Assembly: GCA_001786575.1 (NCBI GenBank)
Contig: MFRW01000010.1
Span: 1 to 51,091 of the forward strand
DNA length: 51,091 nt
Source of the DNA: Candidatus Moranbacteria bacterium RIFCSPHIGHO2_01_FULL_55_24
GTDB taxonomy: Bacteria > Patescibacteriota > Minisyncoccia > Moranbacterales > UBA1568
Direction: 5' to 3'
Position 1 is the first letter of the stretch, and each line of letters begins with the position of its first letter. Below the pieces are notes generated by a model, which searched no databases, was not told the DNA's origin, and saw nothing but the letters and a program-made list of their open reading frames with translations. The translations under genes and the position numbers were made by a program. Of the stretch, positions 6,085-14,137 are shown in pieces.

Positions 6085-6738
6085 AAAATTAAAGGGCCCC
6101 GTGGTCAGTTGATACTGATACATACGGGGCCCTGTCTGCGTGAATGGTTCGATCGATCCGAGGTGATGAGCGAAATATCGCTCCCGAGGCCTGGATATTG
6201 ATCTGGAACCCTCTGAACGAGGAGGTCGCATCCTGTGCGACAGGCGAGCGATAATTCTCGCTATGCTTCCAGCGGGTGGGGATAGATATCCCTTGCCCTA
6301 GCTATCGGAACGGAGGATGCGTGGCGACGCGGTCATGCATGAGGATCGCTCCTTCTGCATTCAGTTAGCCCGGGCACCATTGCGTCGGGCTGGTGGCTCG
6401 GCACGGTCCGCTTCCTGCTTGAGGTGCGGGCCGTGCCAGCGCCGACGGGCGAATATCAGGCGGTCGAAATAACGGCAGCGCCGGCGTCGGCAGGGTCGGT
6501 GTCGGTGCACATCTCCATGGGCGGACTGGTCTGGGTAGACATCGTAGCCTCCTTTGCTGTGAGCCATTCAAAGAAAAAACGGTTTCCTTCGCCGGGAGCA
6601 GTATGGAGCGTGTCTCTTGCGAGAAGACGCTCCCTTTATGGGTATAAAGGACTGCTGCGGTAGCGGGGACCGGAATGGCGAGAGGAAGACGATAGAGTCA
6701 CCTGCCTTTCGCCATCCCGGTTCTTTATTTTTAAACAA
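6085..6738 (-). ncRNA. unclassified ~650-nt promoter-to-terminator transcript (structured non-coding region, possibly with a small ORF)
   Basis: Perfect TTGACA-N17-TATAAT promoter at 6745-6773. A terminator GGGCCCCGT..ACGGGGCCC plus TTTAATTTT lies at 6085-6132. Between them are many perfect hairpins and no convincing long ORF. Confidence 0.45.
6456..6542 (-). CDS. candidate 28-aa small ORF (MSTQTSPPMEMCTDTDPADAGAAVISTA)
   Basis: AAAGGAGG lies 5 nt upstream of the ATG. C/G-rich third codon positions resemble neighbouring genes. Too short to be judged from sequence alone. Confidence 0.25.
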   Translation of the reverse strand: MSTQTSPPMEMCTDTDPADAGAAVISTA

Positions 6739-6744
6739 CCAATT

Positions 6745-6773
6745 ATTATACACCCAAAAGCTTACTCTGTCAA
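6745..6773 (-). promoter_or_regulatory. consensus sigma70 promoter TTGACA-N17-TATAAT
   Basis: Both hexamers are perfect with a 17-nt spacer. A second TTGACA lies at 6782-6787. Confidence 0.75.
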
Positions 6774-6826
6774 GACTCATTTGTCAATATATCTATATTT
6801 TGCTTTAAATAAAGCAAAAGTCTTGA

Positions 6827-8110
6827 TCAAGGGTTCAGTCGCTTGTATTCAGCCCACTGCTTGTTGGACCAGTTTTTCGGCTTATCCGAGAGCTTCTGAT
6901 CTTCGCCTGGATGCGGGAAGAGCGCCGGAGACTTGTAGTTGCTCCAGAAGCTGTCCTTGATGAATTCTTTCCCGTCTCGGCTCACCATCTGGGTGAAGAC
7001 GGTCTTCATGCTGCCGTCCGGATTGCTCTGGAGGATATGCGGCCCATCCACAGAAACCGTCCGGCCGTCCTTGGTGCCGAAGAAGCGGAAATAGAGTTCG
7101 GTACCCTGGATGCTCGCCTGCATAAAGACAGAGTGGCCGGTGTTGTTCATGAATTTGAAATCAGGCCTCGGGACATAGACGGTCGCATCCATACCATAGG
7201 GCTTGTAGTACTGGACCGGGTAGGAGTGATTGCGCCGCTCGGTGATCTTCATGCCGCTCCAGATCGCCGCCCGGAAGACGGTGGTCGATACCTGGCAGAT
7301 GCCGCCGCCGAATTCCGGCTCGGTCTTGTTGTTCCTTATCACGAGTTCCGGCAGGTAGCCGTGCTCGCCATCGACTTCGCCTAAGTGTTCCACGAACGAG
7401 AATTCCTCTCCTGGAGCGATCATGACGCCCTGGAATTGCTGGATTGACCGGTTGATGTTGTAGATGCGGTTCTTGGGCGAGCCGGCGAAGTTCGTCTTGC
7501 CTTCACCGATCATTTCGCGGAGCCCGAGGCGTTCCTTGTCGCGCGCGGTAATCGCCGGGGCGACAGTCTCGACGGGAAGCCGGAGCGAGAATGCCTTCCC
7601 GGACTGCTCGCCCATAAGCGCCGTTTTCAGGATGGCCAGACTCTCTTCTTTGTTGACGGTCGCGCCTGGCGCTTCCGGGGTGGCGACGATGATCTTCCCT
7701 TCGCTGTCCCCAGCAAAGACCGCGTCTTGCGGATCCACGTCCGCCTTGGCCGCGAAGTCATCGAGGAACTTCTGGATCTTCTCCTCCGAAACGGAAGACA
7801 GGAGGACCGTCCGTACCTGGGCGCGCTTCTCCCGCGGCATGGCGAAATCGCAGAAGCGATAGCCGACCGGACAGAAGGCCGGGTTTTCGACCTCCGAGCG
7901 GTAGTCATGAGCGAATTGGCTCTTGGTCGATATGTGGAGCCAGGAAGAGACGGTCTCGCTCGGGACGGTTTCCGAATACGCGCCGGCGGAGACGGTAATG
8001 CTCGGGACAGACGAAGCGCTCACGGTTCCCGGCAAGATCAAAATCCCCAGGATGAAGAAGGGCAGGAGGTTTCTGGTATGGAGAGCTGAAGAGGGAAGGA
8101 AGAGTCTCAT
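6827..8110 (-). CDS. VanW family protein
   Basis: N-terminal signal/TM segment. VanW core GGGICQVSTTVFRAAIWSGMKITERRNHSYPVQYY. Confidence 0.8.
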   Translation of the reverse strand: MRLFLPSSALHTRNLLPFFILGILILPGTVSASSVPSITVSAGAYSETVPSETVSSWLHISTKSQFAHDYRSEVENPAFCPVGYRFCDFAMPREKRAQVRTVLLSSVSEEKIQKFLDDFAAKADVDPQDAVFAGDSEGKIIVATPEAPGATVNKEESLAILKTALMGEQSGKAFSLRLPVETVAPAITARDKERLGLREMIGEGKTNFAGSPKNRIYNINRSIQQFQGVMIAPGEEFSFVEHLGEVDGEHGYLPELVIRNNKTEPEFGGGICQVSTTVFRAAIWSGMKITERRNHSYPVQYYKPYGMDATVYVPRPDFKFMNNTGHSVFMQASIQGTELYFRFFGTKDGRTVSVDGPHILQSNPDGSMKTVFTQMVSRDGKEFIKDSFWSNYKSPALFPHPGEDQKLSDKPKNWSNKQWAEYKRLNP

Positions 8111-8197
8111 GGCTATGTTGGAATACAGAATGCCGATTCACCATTCAGGGAACCGGCATAAGAACGCTTTCCTCGAAATGGTAGGAGCGGACGGAGA

Positions 8198-8725
8198 CTA
8201 GAAACCGCGGACCTGGATCTTCTTGGTCTTGGTGGTGTCGGCCTTGGGAAGGCGGATCGTCAGGATGCCGTTCTTGAGAGAGGCGTCGGCTTTCTCGGGA
8301 ATCACATCTACCGGCAAGAGCACGGAACGGGAGAATCCTCCCCAGTAACATTCCTGGTAGTAGTAGTTGCCATTCTCGACGACTTCTTCGTTCTTGCGTT
8401 CGCCTTTGACGGTCACCATGTCGTTGTTGATCGAAACGTCCAGGTCTTCCGGCTTCACGCCGGCGATGGTGGATTTGATGACGATCTCGTTCTCTGTCTG
8501 GTAGACGTCGATCGTGAGCTGACCTTCGCTGCCGTCGCTCTCGCTCTGGGCGTACGACGGGGTCCAAGCTTCTTCGCGCGCCGGGAAAGCGGTCGGTTCG
8601 TGCATCGCTACCGAAGTCTCTTCCTCTTCGTTGTACACGGGAACAGACTCGCGGAATCCTCCCTCGTTCTCCAGGCTCTGGGCACCGGTGAGACGCTCAA
8701 AAAAGCTCCTTTTTTGTTTTGTCAT
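8198..8725 (-). CDS. Hsp20/alpha-crystallin family small heat shock protein
   Basis: Alpha-crystallin domain blocks DVYQTENEIVIKSTIAGVKPEDLDVSI ... FSRSVLLPVDV ... ASLKNGILTIRLPK. Confidence 0.85.
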   Translation of the reverse strand: MTKQKRSFFERLTGAQSLENEGGFRESVPVYNEEEETSVAMHEPTAFPAREEAWTPSYAQSESDGSEGQLTIDVYQTENEIVIKSTIAGVKPEDLDVSINNDMVTVKGERKNEEVVENGNYYYQECYWGGFSRSVLLPVDVIPEKADASLKNGILTIRLPKADTTKTKKIQVRGF

Positions 8726-8818
8726 ACGTTTTTCGGCGTTTAAAAGTGTTGTGTGAATACGCTCGTAGTATAGGATATTTCAAAAGCAAGCGCAAGAATG
8801 CCGGGGCGCCGGGAAGGG

Positions 8819-9307
8819 CTAGGAAAAATGGCTTATCAGCAGGTTATAGAGCGCATGGAGAAGGGTCGCGATGACCAGGGCGCCCGCGACCATGACGCTC
8901 TTGTGGGCGAGGGACGGGGCCTCTTTGCGGATGGCTCCGGCGAGGAGCATCGAGGTGACGGCATGGACGCCGAAGATCCCCAAGACCCCCAGATGCAGAA
9001 GACCGGAGAATTTGGAGAGGAGGATGGCTTCGATCGCCGCGAAGCCGAGCCCGAAGAGGAATCCGAAGAGGAGCGCCGCTCCGAAGGGACGCCGGGCCAG
9101 CGCCGCCAGAGCGCTTCCGCGATAGAGGAGGCCGAGCTTCACGCTCTCTTCGATGATTGCGAGGACCAGGAGCGTGCGGAATGATCCGCCGAGCACCAAC
9201 ACGCCGGCCTGGGTCGCCGGGAGCGAGAACGAGAAAAAGACGAGTTCTCCGAGGAGCGCCAGGGCGGCGGCGAGGACGCCTAAGACGAGAGGGAGGACGA
9301 GCGGCAT
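8819..9307 (-). CDS. PrsW/CPBP-like intramembrane metalloprotease (tentative)
   Basis: Polytopic membrane ORF with IIEESVK (EExxK) and LLHALYN (HxxxN) motifs. Confidence 0.5.
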   Translation of the reverse strand: MPLVLPLVLGVLAAALALLGELVFFSFSLPATQAGVLVLGGSFRTLLVLAIIEESVKLGLLYRGSALAALARRPFGAALLFGFLFGLGFAAIEAILLSKFSGLLHLGVLGIFGVHAVTSMLLAGAIRKEAPSLAHKSVMVAGALVIATLLHALYNLLISHFS

Positions 9308-9312
9308 GAGAT

Positions 9313-11952
9313 TTAGGCGGTTAAGTTCTTGAGAGCTTCCTCGACATTCCGGAGCTCTTCGGTGTTTCTCGCGAGGAGCTCGCGCGTGTTTGCGAGGATA
9401 TGCTCCGGAGCCTTTTTGGTGAAGAGCGGGTCGGCGAGACGCGCTTCCAGTCCGCGGATGTTCTTCTCGAGATTGGCCTGGTCGTTCTTGAGGCGGGCTG
9501 TCTCTTTCTCGATGTCGATGGCACCCTCGAGATGGACAAAGGCTTGGAGGGATTCGGACTGGACCAATGCCGAATGCTTCGGAGCCGTCGGCGCATCGTG
9601 CAGGGTCTCTATGCGGGCGAGACGCTTGAAGAGAGCTTCGTTTTCTCGGAGCGTCTCGAGAGATTTCCCGGAAGCGGTGATATCGAGCGGCTGGGCGGGA
9701 TCGATGCGGTAGACGGAACGCAGGGCACGGATACCCTTGACGAGCCCGGTCATGGCCCGGAAGCGCTCGGCCTGGGCCTTGTCCGAAGGGAGGGGAATCG
9801 CCTCGGGCCAGGCGGTTACCATGAGGAGCGTCTCTTTGCCGAGCGTGCTCCAGATGGCTTCCGAAACGAACGGGATGAACGGATGCCAGAGGCAGAGGAG
9901 CGTCTCCAGGACGAAGCGGAGCAAGGCGTCATTCTTCTCGATCTTGTGGATCTCTACGTACCAATCGGCGAAGTCGTCCCTGGTGAATTCGCGAAGCGCT
10001 TCGGTCGCGAGAGAGAACTGATGTGCCTCGAGATGCTTCGTGACCGTTTCCCGGGTAGCAGCGAGTCTTTCGAGAATCCAGTGATCGGCCGAGGAGCGGG
10101 CGAGAGGATCCGCTGTCACGGTTTCGCTCGACGAGAGGATGTAGCGCGCGATGTTCCAGAGCTTGTTCACGAAGTTCCGGCCACTCTCCAATTTGTCGAA
10201 GGAGAAGCGGGAATCATTCCCTGGCGTGATGTCGGAGAGGAGCGTGAGGCGGATCGCATCCGTCCCGTACTGCTTGCCGGCTTCGATCGGGTCGATGCCG
10301 TTCCCGAGCGATTTGGAAAATTTCTTGCCGTGCTCATCGCGCAGGATGCCGTGGATGTAGACTTCGCGGAAAGGGATGGTATCGAGGACGTAGGTCGTCA
10401 TGAGGATCATGCGGGCCATCCAGAAAAAGAGGATCTCGTGCCCCATCTGCATGAAGCTTGTCGGATGGAATGTCCGGAGGTCTTCGGTCTCGTCCGGCCA
10501 TCCCAGGGCGCTGAATGTCCAGAGTCCCGAAGAGAACCAGGTGTCGAGCGTGTCCGGGTCCTGTTCCCAGCCGGCGCCTTCCGGCGCTTCGGTGCCGCAG
10601 CAGATCTCTTCGCCGCGGTACCAGACCGGGATGCGGTGCCCCCACCAGATCTGGCGCGAGATGCACCAGGGGCGCAGGTTTTCTATCCAGTGGAGATAGA
10701 TTTTCGTAAAGCGTTCGGGCTGGATGGAAACTTTCTGATCCGGGTTCCCGCCATGGCCGACGGTGACTGCCTCGCGCATCAGGTCTTTGAGCGTCTTGCC
10801 GCGCCCGGGGATTTCCTTTTCGACATGGATGAACCATTGGTGCATCGGGAGCACTTCTGCCACATCGCCGAAACGATCGGACGTGCCGACACTCTGTACG
10901 ATATCCTCTTCGTTTTCCAAGAGGGAATTCTCGCGGAGCCAGGAAACAAATTTCTCGCGCGCCGCTTCTACGGTGAGTCCCTCGTATTGCGTTCCCGCGT
11001 TCTCGTTCATCTTCCCATCTTGCCCGATGACCTGGATAAGAGCGATGTCGCCATGACGCTCGTACATATCGAAATCCGCCTGGCTGTGGGCCGGAGTAAC
11101 TCCGACGGCGCCGGTGCCGAACTCCGGGTCGACGCTCTCATCGCCGATGACCTTTATCCCCAGAGGGTTCTTCGCTCCCACGTCCGCTGTAAACGTCTGG
11201 CCGATGTATTGCTGGTAGCGGGCATCATCCGGATGGACGGCGACGGCCGTATCGCCGAGCTTCGTTTCGGGCCGGGTCGTCGCGATAGGTATGGGGAAAT
11301 CTTTGGAGTAGCGGAGGGTGTAGAGCTTCGCCGGCCGTTTCACATGGACGAGCTCGTCATCGGAAGCGGTCGACTGGCCCTTTACCGACCAGTTCACGAC
11401 GCGGTAGCCTTTGTAGATGAGGCCGTCATCGTACATCTTCTTGAAAACCGCATTGACGGCGCGCACGCGAGCATCGTCGAAGGTGTACGCGAAGCGCGAC
11501 CAGTCGGCGCTCGATCCCATGGCCCGCACCTGCTTGATGATAGTTTCCTTGGACTGATCGGCGTAGGCGCGGATCTTCTCGAGGAGTTTCTCGCGACCGA
11601 GTTCTTGGCGGGGATTGGCGATGCCTTCTTCGATGAGGCTCTTCTCGACGCGGGCCTGTGTTGCTACGGCAGCGTGGTCGGCACCCGGCAGGAAGAGGGT
11701 GCGACAGCCGGCCATGCGCTTGTAGCGCGCCATGACATCCATGATCGAGTTTTCCATGGCGTGGCCCAGGTGGAGGATGCCGGTCACGTTCGGCGGCGGC
11801 ATGAGGACAGAGAAGGGCTCGGCATCGGCTTTCGTGACACCGGCTTTGATGCATTCGTCGGGATTGAAAAACCCGCTCTTGTCCCAGAGGGAGTAGAGTT
11901 TGCCTTCCCAGTCTTGCGGCTGGTAATTCTTGGGGAGAGCGTTCGGGTCCAT
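9313..11952 (-). CDS. valS: valine--tRNA ligase
   Basis: 879 aa. HIGH-type motif PNVTGILHLGHA, KMSKS-type motif KFSKSLGN, and a C-terminal coiled coil. Confidence 0.95.
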   Translation of the reverse strand: MDPNALPKNYQPQDWEGKLYSLWDKSGFFNPDECIKAGVTKADAEPFSVLMPPPNVTGILHLGHAMENSIMDVMARYKRMAGCRTLFLPGADHAAVATQARVEKSLIEEGIANPRQELGREKLLEKIRAYADQSKETIIKQVRAMGSSADWSRFAYTFDDARVRAVNAVFKKMYDDGLIYKGYRVVNWSVKGQSTASDDELVHVKRPAKLYTLRYSKDFPIPIATTRPETKLGDTAVAVHPDDARYQQYIGQTFTADVGAKNPLGIKVIGDESVDPEFGTGAVGVTPAHSQADFDMYERHGDIALIQVIGQDGKMNENAGTQYEGLTVEAAREKFVSWLRENSLLENEEDIVQSVGTSDRFGDVAEVLPMHQWFIHVEKEIPGRGKTLKDLMREAVTVGHGGNPDQKVSIQPERFTKIYLHWIENLRPWCISRQIWWGHRIPVWYRGEEICCGTEAPEGAGWEQDPDTLDTWFSSGLWTFSALGWPDETEDLRTFHPTSFMQMGHEILFFWMARMILMTTYVLDTIPFREVYIHGILRDEHGKKFSKSLGNGIDPIEAGKQYGTDAIRLTLLSDITPGNDSRFSFDKLESGRNFVNKLWNIARYILSSSETVTADPLARSSADHWILERLAATRETVTKHLEAHQFSLATEALREFTRDDFADWYVEIHKIEKNDALLRFVLETLLCLWHPFIPFVSEAIWSTLGKETLLMVTAWPEAIPLPSDKAQAERFRAMTGLVKGIRALRSVYRIDPAQPLDITASGKSLETLRENEALFKRLARIETLHDAPTAPKHSALVQSESLQAFVHLEGAIDIEKETARLKNDQANLEKNIRGLEARLADPLFTKKAPEHILANTRELLARNTEELRNVEEALKNLTA

Positions 11953-12090
11953 ATGGCCCAGGTTACCAGGAAAAAAGCTTCATTTCAAGCCCGCTGGCAT
12001 CGATATTTGCTTTATTTAAGTTAAAAGCTCAAGGAAATTTTTTCTAAAAGAGTGAAAAGAAAATTTTTAATGAGAAGCATTTCGGGCAGG

Positions 12091-12121
12091 AAAAAAAGCC
12101 CGTAAGGTGTCCTTAAGGGCT
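12091..12121 (-). terminator. intrinsic terminator (minus strand)
   Basis: AGCCCTTAAGG-ACA-CCTTACGGGCT followed by TTTTTTT on the minus strand. Confidence 0.8.
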
Positions 12122-12133
12122 TCTTCGAGGATG

Positions 12134-12347
12134 GTGGTATGGGGAACTCCTCTGATGACAGGAGGTTGGAATCATCGCGGCTGCAGATATAGTCCCAGAG
12201 CCTCGGCTTGCCGGATATGGGGAGACCTACGCCCATTCGAGCTCGCCCGGGAGTCTAGCTGTTTCGGCCCAGTTGCGGGTGTTTATTCCGCCGGCTTCGG
12301 ATACGTCTCCGACGCCACTGTCTTTAACTGCTATTACCCCATACCAC
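12134..12347 (-). ncRNA. unclassified ~215-nt RNA candidate closed by an 11-bp terminal helix
   Basis: Promoter TTGACA-N16-TAGACT at 12352-12379. The predicted 5' end GTGGTATGGGG pairs perfectly with CCCCATACCAC just upstream of the terminator. There is no ORF. Confidence 0.4.
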
Positions 12348-12351
12348 GCCC

Positions 12352-12379
12352 AGTCTATCAGACAATTACCCCGTGTCAA
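12352..12379 (-). promoter_or_regulatory. sigma70-type promoter TTGACA-N16-TAGACT
   Basis: The -35 hexamer overlaps the tsaD stop codon. Confidence 0.5.
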
Positions 12380-13467
12380 CGAAGCACTTGGAAGGGGAGA
12401 TTGGCATCTGGTTCCAGGGAAAGCGCCTTTTCACGGAGCGCTGTCCGCTCTTCTTCATTCATAGCGGCGAAGCGCATAACGGCAGCGGAGCCGATCATCG
12501 CGGCGTTGTCGAGGGAGTAGGCGAAGGGAGGAGTGAGAAATTGTGTTTCCGGAAAATCAGTCTGGAGGAGCGTCTGGAGCGAAGCACGCAGATGGACGTT
12601 CGCCGACACTCCGCCGGCGATGACGAAGGTCTGCGGAGAGTATTCCCGGAGCGCTCGCTCGGTCTTGCCGACCAGCACATCGACGACAGCTTCCTGGAAG
12701 GCATAGCACATGCCGGGGACGAAGTCCGGATCAGCCTTCCTCTCCGCGCTTTCTTTCTGGACAGAGTAGAGGACGGCGGTCTTCAGTCCGGAAAAGGAGA
12801 AGTCGTAGTTGTCCGCCGTAAGCATCGGGCGGGGGAATTTCTCGGCAAGCGGCCGGAGCTCTTCCTCGGTATGCGCTTCGCGGAAAGCATCCGCGCGCGC
12901 GGCGACTTCGGGCCCGCCGGGGTACGCGAGGCCGAGGAGCTTCGCGACCTTGTCGAAGGCTTCGCCGGCTGCGTCGTCCTGGGTCTCGCCCAGGATCTCG
13001 TATTGGAAGTGGTCGCGCATCAGGACGAGCTCGGTGTGCCCGCCGGACACGACGAGGGCGAGGAGGGGAAAGCGGAGCTCGGTGTTTTCCTGGAGGAGGT
13101 TGGCGTAGATGTGGCCCTCCAGATGCTGGATGCCCAAGAGCGGCTTCTGCCAGAGGAGGGAGAGCGTCTTCGCGGCATTCACGCCGACGATGAGGGCGGG
13201 CATGAGTCCGGGTCCTTGGGTGACGGCGATAGCGTCGATATCTTGCGGGGTGACGCGCGCGCGTTCGAGGCACTCCTCAAGCACCGGGACGATGTTCTTG
13301 ATATGCTCCCGCGAGGCGAGGGTTGGCACGACGCCGCCCCACTTGGCATGGAGCGAGGCCTGGGACTGGACGGTATTTGCGAGCACGCTTATGCCACCCT
13401 CGGTTTTTTCCAGGATGGCAGCGGCGGTCTCGTCGCAGGAGGTTTCGATGGCGAGAATCTTGGTCAT
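12376..13467 (-). CDS. tsaD: tRNA N6-adenosine threonylcarbamoyltransferase
   Basis: ILAIETSCDETAAAI N-terminus, HLEGHIYAN metal-binding motif, VSGGHTEL, IAGGVSAN. Confidence 0.92.
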   Translation of the reverse strand: MTKILAIETSCDETAAAILEKTEGGISVLANTVQSQASLHAKWGGVVPTLASREHIKNIVPVLEECLERARVTPQDIDAIAVTQGPGLMPALIVGVNAAKTLSLLWQKPLLGIQHLEGHIYANLLQENTELRFPLLALVVSGGHTELVLMRDHFQYEILGETQDDAAGEAFDKVAKLLGLAYPGGPEVAARADAFREAHTEEELRPLAEKFPRPMLTADNYDFSFSGLKTAVLYSVQKESAERKADPDFVPGMCYAFQEAVVDVLVGKTERALREYSPQTFVIAGGVSANVHLRASLQTLLQTDFPETQFLTPPFAYSLDNAAMIGSAAVMRFAAMNEEERTALREKALSLEPDANLPFQVLR

Positions 13468-13528
13468 ATAGCCTATATTGTACTAGAAAACCCCCGGAAA
13501 GCGGAGGTTCTCGGTTTGGATTTTTTTG

Positions 13529-13600
13529 TAGCCCTACGGGGAGTCGAACCCCGCTTTTCAGGATGAAAACCTGATGTCCTAACCGATAGACGATAGGGCC
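13529..13600 (-). tRNA. tRNA-Glu (anticodon TTC)
   Basis: Acceptor GGCCCTA/TAGGGCT (G1:U72), anticodon arm TCAGG-TTTTCAT-CCTGA, T arm CGGGG-TTCGACT-CCCCG. Confidence 0.88.
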
Positions 13601-13625
13601 ATTCTTTTGTCTGTATAAAGAAAAA

Positions 13626-14045
13626 GCAGCCGTAACTGCGTGGGCATCATAGCATTTTCCGAAGAAAAAGCAAGAGCTTCTGGGTAAAAAAATCCCTCGC
13701 GCTGGACGATGCCGGAACGAGGGAAGTGGCCAAAACCTTGGGGGCTTTGGATGGGTGAAAGGGTGGGAAGGAGGTCGCGCAAAAATATTGGGCGCCAGAG
13801 TCTTGCGATACATGGAGGGGTCTGAATGCTCGCTTGATACTGGCACACGCGCTTTTCTTGCCGCGGGAGGTTTGGGCTTTGGGGCGCCGCGCCTCCTTCC
13901 CGACTCCGGGAGACTTATTGACGAAAGGGTCAGTGAAAGGGGGATAACCCTGACCGTTCTTTCGGCATGGTATTCTGATCCACACCTAATGATTCGTCTT
14001 CTCAAAACCGAGTAGCACAGAGGCGGGGCTTAGTCCGTCTGTGGC
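13626..14045 (+). ncRNA. RNase P RNA-like segment (tentative; strand and boundaries uncertain)
   Basis: The plus strand carries GGATGGGTGAAAGGGTGGGAAGGAG (13749-13774), resembling the type A block GGUAAGGGUGAAAGGGUGCGGUAAGAG. It also carries CACAGAGGCGGGGCTTAG (14016-14033), resembling ACAGAACCCGGCUUA. A canonical GGAAAGUCC P4 5' strand could not be found. Confidence 0.3.
13686..13723 (-). terminator. hairpin plus T run on the minus strand
   Basis: CCCTCG..CGAGGG followed by ATTTTTTTA on the minus strand. Confidence 0.4.
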
Positions 14046-14108
14046 CTGCAGGGACTCGAGTGGGGTCTTGCCGGAGTTTTCTGTCTCAAAGAACTGTAGA
14101 GTGAACGT

Positions 14109-14137
14109 ATTATAGAGAAAGCGGAGAATCTTGTCAA
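14109..14137 (-). promoter_or_regulatory. consensus sigma70 promoter TTGACA-N17-TATAAT
   Basis: Perfect hexamers on the minus strand. The -35 hexamer overlaps the stop codon of the GH1 gene. It points into the 13.6-14.1 kb non-coding region. Confidence 0.65.

Noticed and set aside
5944-6231. 81-85-aa ORFs on both strands
   Set aside because: They overlap the pseudo-tRNA-Lys, the tRNA operon promoter and a terminator. No SD is present and the composition is implausible.
6361-6571. Two 68-aa minus-strand ORFs (MAHSKGG..., MNGSQQRR...)
   Set aside because: Both are Arg/Pro-rich wrong-frame-like translations with no SD. The only good ribosome-binding site in the region serves the third frame (the 28-codon ORF).
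6640-6715. Cobalamin riboswitch (GAGTCACCTGCC resembles a B12 box on the plus strand)
   Set aside because: It is on the wrong strand relative to the promoter. The other conserved cobalamin core elements (for example GCCACTG) are absent.
6085-6738. RNase P RNA, SRP RNA or tmRNA identity for the 650-nt unit
   Set aside because: AGGAAGCGGACC and ACAGGGCCCCGTAT superficially resemble the RNase P CR-I and CR-IV blocks, but they cannot form P4, and the latter is part of the terminator stem. No GGAAGGAAGCAGC-type SRP domain IV or tRNA-like ends were found.
9400-12024. 874-aa plus-strand ORF
   Set aside because: It lies entirely antisense to valS. Its composition is Arg/Gly/Asp-rich shadow-frame typical of GC-rich DNA. 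It has no SD or promoter, whereas valS on the other strand has the diagnostic HIGH/KMSKS motifs.
12134-12347. tmRNA (suggested by the ...CCCCATACCACCA 3' end)
   Set aside because: There is no T arm (no GGTTCGAnTCC-type loop), no G3:U70 pair, no GGATTCGAC-like 5' element, and no tag ORF ending in a hydrophobic Ala-rich tail. The length is also far below typical tmRNA.
12373-13566. 397-aa plus-strand ORF and other long antisense ORFs (19356-20285, 30276-31601, 35064-36158, 36559-37242, 42621-43934, 45033-45902, 16152-16907)
   Set aside because: Each overlaps a confidently identified gene on the opposite strand (tsaD, recG, clpC, pilB, pilT, ligA, gatA, GT2). All show shadow-frame composition.
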